Origin: Bdellovibrionales bacterium | GTDB taxonomy: Bacteria; Bdellovibrionota; Bdellovibrionia; Bdellovibrionales; UBA1609 | Reading direction: 5' to 3' | Assembly (NCBI GenBank): GCA_965261545.1 | Contig: CBDHDF010000011.1 | Span: 352,001 to 416,000, forward strand | Length of the DNA stretch: 64,000 nt | Part shown: piece after piece, positions 32,464-44,429 of the stretch | Layout: every line of letters starts with the position of its first letter | Position numbering within the stretch: the first letter of the stretch is position 1 | Notes under the pieces: generated by a model | What the model was told of the DNA's origin: nothing | Seen by the model: the letters and a program-made list of their open reading frames with translations, nothing else | Database searches by the model: none | Translations under genes and position numbers: made by a program

Positions 32464-35400
32464 CCCCGATGGGCGGATCAAAACCATCCATTTGTGGGCT
32501 AACAAAACCATCCATTTAAAAACTTAATATCTGACAAGGCGTATTATAGAATACTTCCTAGAAAACAACCTGGGAGGGAAGGATGAACGTCTTGAATAAA
32601 CAAAAACAAGAAGAGATATTAACATTAATTATAGCAGGTCGCTCCTTTCGTGAAATAGCGAAAAGGCTACATGTCAGTCGATTTACAGTTTCAGAATATG
32701 CTAAAGCCCATAGTGTCATTGCGAAAAAAGGGCGCACAGGAGGTGTGGAGCCAAAGTCTCTACCTTTTTCAGGTCCCCCTGAAGCAGAACCATCATCTTC
32801 AGGGTCCCTTGAGGTTTGCTCTGTAGAGTCTTCAAGTGCTTCTGTAATCCAGATCCAAGAGCCCGATGAAGTTTCGGTTTCCTCTACAGAGGCCAATCAG
32901 CGGACACTCCTTGGGGAATCAGGCCTAACACCAGTAGAATCTCATTCAGCACCCCCTGTGGAGCCATGCTCAACTTCTTTGGCCGTGTCTGATTTGGTTA
33001 GCATGGGCCCCAGTGTTTGCCAAAAGCCCCCATCTCCAACCACCACCATGGTGGAAACGAATTTAGCTGCTCCTACAGAAACTGGATCCACCGACTGTGT
33101 AGCTCATTTAATCGAACGAGACAAGCCAGTTCCACCCTCACCTATGGATACAAAGCAGGCTTTTGCCAATGAAAAGCCACCTACTCTTTCTTCTTCGGAA
33201 TTAGGTTTTGTTGTCCCCATGGAAGTAACAAAACCCTTTGAGACAGCACCACCTGAATTGAAAAAGTCTCTTACTGACCAGGCTTCCCCAAAGCACCCTC
33301 AACGATCTTCCTACCATCAGTCGGCTTGTGAGCCCCACAGGGCTTGGATTGAAAATCAGGCTTTGAACTTAGAGCGCAATCGAATGGCCATCTACCAAGA
33401 TTTAGTGGAGAAATTTGGTTTTTCTCACTCCTACGACAGCGTGAAAAAATTTGTAAGGAAGCTGAAGAAGAGTACTCCCAAACGCTATGATCGCTTGGAT
33501 TTTCCCCCCGGAGAGGAAGCCCAAGTGGATTATGGCCAAGGGGCTCTGACTGTTCACCCCCGGACAGGCAAATATAGGCGGCCTCGCCTTTTTGTGATGA
33601 CCCTCAAGTACTCTCGTGCCTCTTTTCGCAAGGTTGTTTGGAAGTCCAGCCAAGAGACGTGGAGCAGACTCCATGAGGAGGCTTTTCATTATTTTTTGGG
33701 CTGCCCTCAATATGTCGTCTTAGACAATCTCAAGGAAGGTGTTATTAAGCCAGATATCTATGAGCCAACGCTGAACGCCGTTTATGGCGCTGTACTGACT
33801 CACTACGGGGTCGTTGCTGACCCGGCAAGAGTTCGTGATCCTGATAGGAAAGGAACCGTTGAGCACGCCATTCACCACACCCAAGACACAGCACTGAAGG
33901 GTCGTTCATTTAAAACCATTGAGGAGCAAAATGAGTGGCTCATGCACTGGGAGCACACTTGGGCTCGCCCTCGGGTCCATGGTCGCACCAAGCGAGTCGT
34001 TTCTGAGATGTTTGAAGAAGAGAGCCCCTTTCTCAAAAAGCTCCCCCAAAAGAAATTTGATTTTTTTAAACAAGAGATACGAACAGTTGCAGACGATGGG
34101 CTCATTCAAGTGGGAAACAGTTACTATTGCGCCTACCCTTCTGATCTAAAGAGCCAAGTCATTGTGCGTATTTATGATAAAGACATAGAGATTATGGACC
34201 CTGCTACGATGAGTGTTATCCGCCGCCACCAAAAAGCCACTCTCCCGGGGAGTCTCTCTTTGCTAGACAAAGATCGTGTTTATAATCCATCTCGCCATGT
34301 AGAAAATATTTTAGCTGATGCGGGTCAGATTGGCCCTCAAACAAAAGCTTTTTGTCAGTCATTACTCAGGGTGGATGAGAGAGTTGGAAACAGGCAGATG
34401 CGTGGGGTGGTGTCCTTGGCTAAAAAATATCACTCTGATCTTATTGAAAAAGCAGCCATTCAGGCTGTGAGCAGAGGGGTCTTATCTCTTAGGGTCTTTA
34501 AAAGGCTTGTTGAGGAACTACAGCCCCCTGTGGATGAGAAAAAGATGGAATCCCACCTCACCCAAGACCACGACATCATTCGAGCACCATCCGAGTATGC
34601 CATCTACTGGGATTTACATGCCAACAACGAAATCTACCACTCACCCTTACACCCTCAGCCTAGCACCAACCTTACTTAATCCACCCCCCCAACCCCTCTT
34701 CTAGAGGAAAGGAGCAATCACAATGCCAATGTCACCTACAGAAATACAAGAGACTCTCAAAAGCCTTAAGCTTATAGGCATGTTTGAAACATTTGAGGCT
34801 CGAAGTTACCAACACACACAGAACCAACAAAACTTCCAAGAGACCTTCTCATTGCTCTTACAGGATGAAAAGGATTTCAAGAAAAGCAAAAAATGTGAGA
34901 GACTCCTCAAAGCATCCAAGCTCACGGAAAAGTCCACCCTCACCGGCTTTGATTGGAATTTTAACCCAAAAATACCCAAGCCAATGATCTTGGAATTAAT
35001 GAACTTGAAGTTCATCAAGCAGGGGGAGGGAGCCTTGCTTATTGGCTCCCCTGGAACTGGAAAAAGCCACATTGCAAAAGCTATAGCCACCAAGGTCTGT
35101 TCCATATCAAATTACAAGGTTTTGTATCAAGAAGCTCACAAGCTCTTTGAAAATCTCTTTGAGGCCAGGCAGCTGGGGCGCAGAAAGAGGTTCTACACCC
35201 AACTCATCCATGTGGACCTGTTGATCATTGATGATCTTTTTCTTAGAAAGCGCATTCCGCCAGAGGCTTGCGATGACTTCCAGGAAATCATTCTGGATCG
35301 ATACTCAGCGAGAAAAAGCACTCTTATTACCTCCAATCGCATTATTGAGGACTGGGGAAAGTGTTTGGGCGATAATACCGTGGCCTCTGCCATCCTGGAT

Positions 35401-35580
35401 CGCCTTCTCCACTGCAGCCAACTATTAAAATTTGAGGGAAAAAGCTACCGATTGAAGGAAGCTTCAAACCGACTTGTCAAGATAAAAAATTAAATGTAGG
35501 GTGAGCCCATCTTGTCAGATCACCCTAAATGGATGGTTTTGTTAGCCCACAAATGGATGGTTTTGTCCGCCCCTCCGGGG
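32464..35580 (+). mobile_element. IS21-family element C, complete (istA 32583..34679, istB 34723..35493)
   Basis: Ends CCCCGATGGGCGG...CCGCCCCTCCGGGG with paired AAAACCATCCATTT repeats and a (G)TAAT duplication; motifs EAQVDYG, VLDNLKEG and KGTVE. Confidence 0.93.
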
Positions 35581-38446
35581 TAATAGCATAACTCTCTACG
35601 ATAGGCTTTATTTATCTACAGAGATTATTAAGGCCCATGCTCAAGCCAGTAACTTCTTTATTGCGCGTTGTAAGCGAGGCTCTACTTTTATCCCCATTGT
35701 AAATTTATTTAATGGCCCAGGTTGGTATTCACGAATGGTTATTGAGGGGGTGGTCATTCATCTCTATAAGTATAAAAACCCAAAGACTGGGGAGTTCTCT
35801 GTTTTGGCCACTAATCTTCCGCATGGCTCCTTGGACAAGAAGGATATGGTTGCTCTTTACTCTCGTCGTTGGGAAATAGAAACGACATTTCGTGATTTTA
35901 CATCGACAATGAAAATGGAGCAGTGGCACTCAACAAGCCTTAATGGAATATTGCAAGAGCTGTATTCTTATTTTTGGCTCTTCAATTATACAAAGATTCA
36001 AATGAGCATAAATGAGGATGAAGACAGTGTGAATCAGTTGGTGAAAAATGACTACAAAAAACCTAACTTTAAACTGATTCTTGATTTCATAATGGATAGC
36101 ATCCCTCTTTTTGTTGCGGGGCTCTATCAGAAATTTAGGAAGCAGATAAAGTTGCTGATGAAGATTTCAATGGAGAAGAGGAGGCACTTCAAAAGAAGCT
36201 ATGAAAGGTCTATCAAAAGGGCTGGGAGTTCTTTTAAAAGAAATAGCTTAACGCAGAGGCAGAGGGGTGTGGTGGCTTAAGGAAACGGCATTGACCTAAA
36301 TACTGTTCATACGTCTTTTTTGTTTTTTCGGCAACTCTAGCCGTTGCAACATATTCATCCGCCATCGCTGGAAGTCGGAGTTTTTTAAGAGAACCTATAA
36401 GTTCTTCGTGATTCATTAAGAACCTCCTATGTTTGGAACAAGACTGTCATATTGAGACAATCTAGGTTGAAGTGGTTTTTGTTGGTCATTCAAATTAATT
36501 TTGGTGGGATTTCCTAAGAGCAAATCTTTTATGGATTTAAAGTCGAAAATCTCACGACTTTCTAATTGAAGCTCCATGGCTGTAGATAAGTCCTGCCAAC
36601 TCACATGCTGAATCAAGTTGATAACTCTTAAATATTCATGCTCGGCACGGCTTGAATCTTGTTGCTTGAGGTATTGATAAAAATTTTCAAACACATTTGT
36701 TGGAAAAAGAATGGATCGGTGAGCCCATCTTACCATGGCTTGCGGCTTACGAACTAAAGAGGGAAGGATATGTTCAAGAAGAAGACTATGCTCCCCATCA
36801 GGTTTTCTTTGATGGCGAGCGACAATTTCTTGCTTCCCTCCTGCACGATAGATCGTGACATGATAGGGACCCTGTACGGTTTTACAGGGAGATTGGATCA
36901 CCTCATCAGGTATGGAATATGTGGTTTTACCTATTCTCAAAGTCCCATAACCATTACTTTGACAAATATTCACCTTACAGAGAATATCTTCATCTCGTGG
37001 AGGCAAAGGCTTAAGAACTTTGGCCTCCTCCTCAAAGCGAGATTTGGTGGAGTCACTCTGATGCTGATCCATATAAGACTCTAAAAACTGATTCAAATGA
37101 TCCCAGTCTTTAAAAACAATTCCTTTGTTTCTAACAATATTTTTTATCCGAGAACTGAAGGTTCGAATATCACGCTCCACATCTCCCTTGTCAGAGCCCT
37201 TCCCTGCGCGGCAGGGAAGAACCTTAAATCCATAGTATTGGATGGCTCGATCAAAAGATTGGGTGTAAATTCGCTGATTTCCTTTAAGAACTTTCTTCAC
37301 ACAGGGAGATAAATTATCAATACGGATGTTCGCACTCATCCCACCTATCTTTTCAAAAAAAGCATGCACCCCATCGATGAAACACTCATAGACAAGAAAG
37401 GGGTAGGCACGAACCCAACAGGTGCCACTACAAGGCAATGTTCCAAAATGGAGATGAACGATCTGAACACCATCGGCAAATGGTAAAGCAACCTTCTCCT
37501 TAAAATCAAACTGAGCCTGTTCTCCAGGATCATATCTTTGGCTGAAAAAACGCTCCTTGGGGCGAGAACCAAGAATCTCACAAACTCTTCTCTGAACCGT
37601 TCTCTCACTCCCACGATAACCCTCCTCAACTAATAGCTCATATATTTCACGGGCGGTGTTACTTGGGTTCAACTTCAAAAAGTACTTCACCCGATCCATA
37701 TATCCATTAAGGGGATCTGGGCGAGTTCTTTTGGACCTCGCCTTGTACTTCGGTGGGGTGTTGGACTCACAGTACTTGCGCACCGTCTTACGATTGATCC
37801 CTAATTCACGAGATATTTCTGTCTTATTTTTACCACTGTGACTCAGGTCACGAATGCGGCCGAAAGTGTATTGACTAATCATAAGATCCTCCTCATTGCT
37901 AACCTTTTGAGTTGCAAGAGGGAGGGACTCTGTGAGCTTATCTATATCAGAAGAAGAGACTTCATTGTCTAGTATTTGAACACTCCCTGAAGATTGGTCA
38001 CTTTTCATTGGCGACAACCTCCATATTGAAAGTGGGACATTTTAATTGGCGACGGCTTTAAGGGAAGCCTGTCTTCAGAAAGAAATTCCATGAAAATTGA
38101 GGCAAATGTTGGAATCTTGTGGAATTTAAATACTTTAGAAAATGGGCACAGCCTAAACAGGCTTTTCTTGACTATATATTTAACCTCATTGAAATCCAGA
38201 AACAGTCTACAAATGACAAATATGGAACCTGAATAGGCTGTCATGGAAGGACTCTCCAACACGGAGCCCCTTTCCAGGTCGACAAGAACCCAAAAGGAGT
38301 TCTTATCAGCTCGGAGCCTTTTTATGAGTAATATCAATTGATTATATGCGTCTCGGTTGACAATGCCAAAAATCACCATAGGTCCTCCTCTGAAAAGTGG
38401 CCACTTTTCATTGGCGACGGTGGGGCATTTTAATTGTCAGCTAACA

Positions 38447-39531
38447 GGTCATTGGAGTCGATGAAATTTCTTATGCTAAGGGAAGGAAGTTTATTACCTT
38501 GATTTACGACATGAAGAAAGGCTGTGTCGTTTGGATTGGAAAAGGTAAGGGTAAGGAGACAATAGACTCCTTTTTTACAAAGGAACTCAGCCAATATCAG
38601 CGAGACAAAATTAGAGTGGCTTGTTGTGATATGGCTCAAGGCTACATCTCCTCTATCAAGGAGCATTGTAAGAATGCTACTCTCGTTTTGGACAAATTTC
38701 ACATTATTCAATCCCTCAACAGGGCTGTGGATGAGGTGAGAAAAGAAATTTGGAGAGATGCCTGCAAGAAGGACAGAAAGGCTATTAAGGGAACTCGCTG
38801 GTTGATAGCCTACAGTTCATCCTCTCGTAGTAAAGCCCAAACTCGTAAAATTAACCTCATGGAGAAATCTAACAATAAAATATTCAGAGCATGGCTGCTT
38901 AAAGATAATTTTGAGCATTTCTGGGATTATGTAAGTCCAGGTCATGCTGCGAATTTTCTGAATGCCTGGATCACTCGTGCCTTAAGATCACGCATTGATT
39001 CTATGAAAAAGTTTGCCTTGATGCTCAGGAAGCACCAAGAAAATATTCTTTCCTTCATTAAAGATCCTGTCACAAATGCCAAGGCTGAGGGAATCAATCG
39101 CCTTCTAAAGATCATAAAAAATCGGGCTTCAGGATTTAAGAACCTACAGGGTTTTGAGAATATGATTTACTTGTGTGCTGGGGATTTGGATATTGTTGGA
39201 AGTTTCCCCAAGCGTTTTTGTACATTATAGTTTTTATTGTCGATCAACATTTCTTTTTCCAATTCACCTCCCCATACTAACTCCGCCAAGATGAGTCAGT
39301 TATCCACAGACTCATCCATGGCGACGCTGCGGTATGGCCCTCGGGAGCCACAATAAAGCAGCGCTGCTGTGGGTGAGTATTGTGGATAACGGCGGCTCTC
39401 CACACAAGTGATTTGGTAGCCCTGTCCTCCGTGTTTTTATGTACAAATCTTAGGAATAACCTGTACATCCAGTTTTTAGCTATTTCCCTAGGGAATTTGG
39501 ACTTTAGGCTCCGAGAAACTCGGATATAGCC
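38447..39531 (+). mobile_element. ISL3 element, 3' part (5' end lost at the IS21-A junction)
   Basis: Matches 58301-59390; motifs GVDE, CCDM, DKFH and TNAKAEGIN. Confidence 0.92.
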
Positions 39532-39784
39532 ACTTTTGTTATGTTATTTTGACTCATTTGATCTCCTTTGTTTGTTAGTTTGAGAATTGTGTTTTCGCTT
39601 TTTTTCATATTTTTTTGTCACATCTTTTTTTTTTGGTTTTGTTACTTTTATTTTCTTTGTTTGTTGCTTATTTTTTTCTGTTTGAGTTAGTTGTATTTTT
39701 TAGTCATTTAGGGTCGTTTTTTTACATGCAAGTATGGTTTCAGATATCTGAACCCCAAAAAAGCTCCTGCGGAGCAGGGGGACT

Positions 39785-41064
39785 TGAGGTGGACCCCAAT
39801 GTCAGACTGAAAAACTTGATTTTTAAGCTACACCACAGCGCACAAAGAAGCCCCGTGTTAATGTGTTAAATCCACCTCTCCCATATGCACCTGATAAGGG
39901 GTGCAATCCTGAAGAGACTGGTGTGGCCTTTTATTATTATAAAAATTAAAATACGTTTTAAAACCTTTGTTGGCTTGAACCATTGATTTGTCTTGATAGC
40001 CTTTCAAGTAAACCTCTTCGTACTTAACAGACCGCCAAAGCCGCTCGATCATGATGTTGTCTAAACACCTGCCTTTGCCGTCCATACTGATCGAGATTCC
40101 ATGATTTTTCAATAATTTTGTGAAAACCTCAGAAGTGAATTGGCACCCTTGATCAGTATTGACGATATCAGGGCAACCAAATGTTTCTATGGCTTCCTCA
40201 AAGACTTCTAAACAAAAAGTTGTCTCAAGGCTATTAGAAAGTCTCCAAGACAGAACAAATCGGCTAAACCAATCTATCACAGCTACCAAGTAAGCAAAGC
40301 CACCAGACAACCTTATAAAAGTAATATCAGTAGCCCACACTTGGTTGGGGGAGCAGATATTAAGCCCCTTAAGTAGGTAGGGATAAACCTTATGCTGATG
40401 GTTTCGCTGACTGGTGTTTGGACCTGGGAAGATAGCGAAAAGACACATCTTTTCCATGAGCCGCTGAATCCTCTTGCGGTTGACCCCATGGCCATTAAGT
40501 CTTAAGTGAGCTGCCATTTTACGGCTCCCATAAAAAGGGGTCTCCAAGTACTGTTTGTCAATTAAACTCATCAGTTTTAAGTTGTAGGCACTCTCAGGTA
40601 TGGGCTTGTAGTACAAGGCTCCCTTAGAGAGTCCTAGCAACTCACATTGGCGAGTGACACAAATATTTGGATGTTTCCAATTGATAGCGGCTTTTTTCTC
40701 AGGCATTGAAGCTCTCAGATTTTTTTTTTAACCAATCATTTTCAACCTTTAACTGCCCTATTTGCCGATACAATTCATCAATGGTTTTTCTTTGTTCTTC
40801 TACCTCGTTGTTGTCCTTTTTTTTGCTCGCTAAGGCCTTAGGAATGGCTTCAATAGCTTGCTTCTTCCAATCTTGGATTTGGATGCGGTGAACTCCATGC
40901 TTGGAGGCCAACTCTGCCATTGTGTCAGTCTCACGAATGGCGTCAAGTGCGACTCTGGCCTTAAATTGTGCGCTGTGTTTCTTTCTCATTATCCCCTCCT
41001 ATGAGGGGCTTTTTACCCGCTGCGGTGTAACTTAGCAACCAGTCTGTTTTTGGGGTCCACTATA
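39785..41064 (-). mobile_element. IS3-family element, complete (orfA 40699..40989, orfB 39858..40706, A10 slippery run at 40720-40729)
   Basis: IRs TATAGTGGACCCCAA / TGAGGTGGACCCCAA; 3-bp TSD ACT; overlapping orfA and orfB. Confidence 0.95.
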
Positions 41065-41184
41065 ACTGCGCCCCTTTTTTGCTTGTTGAGGGCAAGCCCC
41101 CAAACCCCCTTGATGACTGCTTCGCAGTCCCAAGGTGCTCGCTTCGCTCGCCTTTTCCCGATGTATTTTCGTCCCTCTCTGGCT

Positions 41185-42601
41185 CAATGCCGTTTCCTTA
41201 AGCCACCACACCCCTCTGCCTCTGCGTTAAGCTATTTCTTTTAAAAGAACTCCCAGCCCTTTTGATAGACCTTTCATAGCTTCTTTTGAAGTGCCTCCTC
41301 TTCTCCATTGAAATCTTCATCAGCAACTTTATCTGCTTCCTAAATTTCTGATAGAGCCCCGCAACAAAAAGAGGGATGCTATCCATTATGAAATCAAGAA
41401 TCAGTTTAAAGTTAGGTTTTTTGTAGTCATTTTTTACCAACTGATTCACACTGTCTTCATCCTCATTTATGCTCATTTGAATCTTTGTATAATTGAAGAG
41501 CCAAAAATAAGAATACAGCTCTTGCAATATTCCATTAAGGCTTGTTGAGTGCCACTGCTCCATTTTCATTGTCGATGTAAAATCACGAAATGTCGTTTCT
41601 ATTTCCCAACGACGAGAGTAAAGAGCAACCATATCCTTCTTGTCCAAGGAGCCATGCGGAAGATTAGTGGCCAAAACAGAGAACTCCCCAGTCTTTGGGT
41701 TTTTATACTTATAGAGATGAATGACCACCCCCTCAATAACCATTCGTGAATACCAACCTGGGCCATTAAATAAATTTACAATGGGGATAAAAGTAGAGCC
41801 TCGCTTACAACGCGCAATAAAGAAGTTACTGGCTTGAGCATGGGCCTTAATAATCTCTGTAGATAAATAAAGCCTATCGTAGAGAGTTATGCTATTACTC
41901 TCAAAACTACCTATCATTTGAATAGCATTGGCGATTTCGTTGAGAGCGGGAGAAAAGCAAAGATTCTTTGTCACACCCGATAAAACGTCATAAGCATGAG
42001 ATAGATACATACGTAAGAAATGAGTTTCCATCTCATTTGGGCAAGGGTACCCACAATAACCCTCCTTTAAAAGATCTTTAGAGCGAGGAAGTGCTCATTG
42101 GTCGCCATCTATGGCATAGATATAAAAACCATGAAACGTTTTTCTCAATGGTTCGTAGTCTGTAATCAGAGATTCAAAGATATCTTTGAAAAATAGGTAA
42201 GAAATACTTTGACGTATCTTGCTGAGACTGCTTTTGACTGGCATGAGAAGCAGGTCACCAAAATGAGTCCATACTGTCTTAAGAGCGATTTAGTAGCCTT
42301 CGTAATTTGTTCCGGAAATAAGATAGATAATGGTAAAAAAGAAAATTTGAGGATTAAATTTTCGATTCCTTTTTTGTTTTTCTGGATCGACAAGGTGCTC
42401 TGGCTTGAAGGAAGAATCAAGTTTTGGTAGAATAAAATGGTCATCTGTGACGCGAACTCGTCATTTGGGGGCTTTCGAGATCAATATTGGATTGCATGTG
42501 ACTTACTCCTTGGTTGAGGGTTGGGTGTAAAATAAAACAAGTCTTATTCTTGTCGATTTATCTAATGATTTCAAGAGATTTTTCTTAAGGAAACGGCATT
42601 G
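41185..42601 (-). mobile_element. IS4 copy with a nonsense mutation in the transposase
   Basis: IRs are present but there is no TSD. TTA becomes TGA at 42095-42097 relative to the other copies. Confidence 0.92.
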
Positions 42602-42919
42602 ACCTGTGGGAGGATCTCCTGCTTTAAATGCTAGGAACTAGGCTTCCAAAAATAATCCATCAAATCAGATACAGCGAAATTATCCTCCCAAGAGAACTTG
42701 GAAATCTCAAGTACTCTTAATTTCTTGAGCCACCAGGCGGGAGAGCAAACCAAACAGAGAGAATCAGTCATCCTTTTTTCACTCACTTCACCTCGACACA
42801 CCTTGCTAATCAAAATATCACTCTCAACAACTTAAACTCAGTCAGGATAAAATCATAAAAATTGCTTCGAGGTCAAAGGAACCCATGAAAAGTCCGTCAA
42901 AATAAAGTATTGGATCACA
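42602..42919 (+). mobile_element. End fragment of the Mu/TnsB-like transposon seen at 51109-54459
   Basis: Reverse-complement match to about 51109-51425; ends ...AAGTATTGGATCACA. Confidence 0.88.
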
Positions 42920-43482
42920 ACATGACCGTTTACTACGGCCTTTTCCTTGCTCGCTCACTACAAGGGCCTTGCCTCCTCCCATGCAGCAGCAAGGTTGTTT
43001 GCACTCAAATCCTGAAATCCGAGTGCGGAGGACCTACCTCCATCTTCACATCAGCATGTCACCTCCGTGACTTCGTGGCACACGAAATCAGGATATCCAA
43101 AGTGAGTCAGGTGGGTCTGTTAGAGCACTCACGAGATATCACCCGATGATGGGCTGAAAACTACCATCGGGGTATACTTTCTTAACTTATTTGTATTGCC
43201 CCGAGAAGGCCCAGTAACGGTAAAAATAAAGTGGCCCATTTATAACAAAATTTTTCAGCGTCGCCACAACAAACCAAAAAAATGGCCGCCGCCTAGAAAA
43301 ATCGCCTCGCATTTGCACAAGCACATTCCATTGTGCTAAATTAAATCTAGATCCATGGTTCCTCCTCATCCTTGTTTTTTTCAAAACAATTTTACACAAG
43401 GGGATGAGGAGTCTCTAGACTTCGTGCGTTATTCTCCGAGATAGGCCCGAGAACTGCGGACTCTCAAGAAGGGGTATTAAGA

Positions 43483-44352
43483 ATGTACAATTTATTAGTT
43501 ACTTCTGAACCAAATTATTGGTCCAAGTATGATCATTTTAAATTGGGCTATGACAGATTTTGTGAATATACAGAAGAAGGAATTAAATCACATTTTGAAG
43601 CCGATTTAAATAAATTAACGGAATTACCTTGTTTATTTGCTTATGAAGGACTTAATAACAATGGAAGCGTGGGACACATTCGTTCAATTGCTAAATATCA
43701 TAATAATTTAGAAATTGAATATTTTTTAGATCCAGAGCTACTAAAAATTCCAATGGATAGTGAAGAAAACCTTTCTCAACTTGGGTATGAATTGAATAGA
43801 AGCTACTTCAACGAAAACGAGAGAAGCCATTGGGCAATCAAAAATATTGATCTATTTAAAATTATTTCTAAGATTTTTTCTAGAATGTGTAAGCAAGAAT
43901 ATCTGATATTAAATGATAATGAAATGATGGATGTATGGGGGCAGTATTATAAGAGTAAAAATCTTGTTTTTTTAAGTCATAGAGCAACTTCTCAAAGAGA
44001 AGTTGCTTGGTTAGGAGATTGGTTAAATAAAAATAATATTGGAACTTTTATTGCCCACAGAGATATCCATCCTACTTCCGAGTGGAAGGATGAAATAATC
44101 AAAGCATTGAATACAATGACTTATTTTATTGGAATCGTGACCGATGATTTCCATAAAGGAAGTTGGACAGACCAAGAAATTGGATATGCTCTAAAAAGCA
44201 ATATACCTAGACTCTTTGTAAAGATAGGAAAATCAGATCCTCAAGGCTTTGTTAATTCAGAACAAGCGTTATCTACTACATGGAATGATGCGCCTCTTGA
44301 AATAATTAGCCATTTAGACAAGACGTGTAATCATTTAATGTATAGCTCATAA
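43483..44352 (+). CDS. TIR-domain protein with an uncharacterised N-terminal domain; probable anti-phage function
   Basis: C-terminal VFLSH...FIAHRDI.PTSEW...SWTDQEIGYA with the catalytic Glu. The gene is AT-rich and adjacent to the R-M operon. Confidence 0.8.
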   Translation: MYNLLVTSEPNYWSKYDHFKLGYDRFCEYTEEGIKSHFEADLNKLTELPCLFAYEGLNNNGSVGHIRSIAKYHNNLEIEYFLDPELLKIPMDSEENLSQLGYELNRSYFNENERSHWAIKNIDLFKIISKIFSRMCKQEYLILNDNEMMDVWGQYYKSKNLVFLSHRATSQREVAWLGDWLNKNNIGTFIAHRDIHPTSEWKDEIIKALNTMTYFIGIVTDDFHKGSWTDQEIGYALKSNIPRLFVKIGKSDPQGFVNSEQALSTTWNDAPLEIISHLDKTCNHLMYSS

Positions 44353-44429
44353 TAAAAAAATAATGTAGGATAGCTGGATCCTTGCAGGTGGCCCCAACGA
44401 AAATAAAAACTAATGGAGTGTGTGCAGTA

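Larger units (their letters stand above)
26221..36293 (+). mobile_element. IS4 copy fragmented by four nested elements
   Basis: IRs at both ends; 10-bp TSD ACCTAAATAC (26211-20 / 36294-303); pieces at 26221-26528, 29904-30298, 32444-32463 and 35581-36293. Confidence 0.93.
25121..38446 (-). mobile_element. IS21-A copy whose istB is split by a nested IS4; istA 36416..38017 is intact
   Basis: Right end at 25121 and left end at 38446. The istB halves 25551-26220 and 36294-36416 rejoin across the IS4 TSD. Confidence 0.93.

Noticed and set aside
43400..43475. Riboswitch upstream of the TIR gene
   Set aside because: Only weak short stems are present and no recognisable aptamer consensus.
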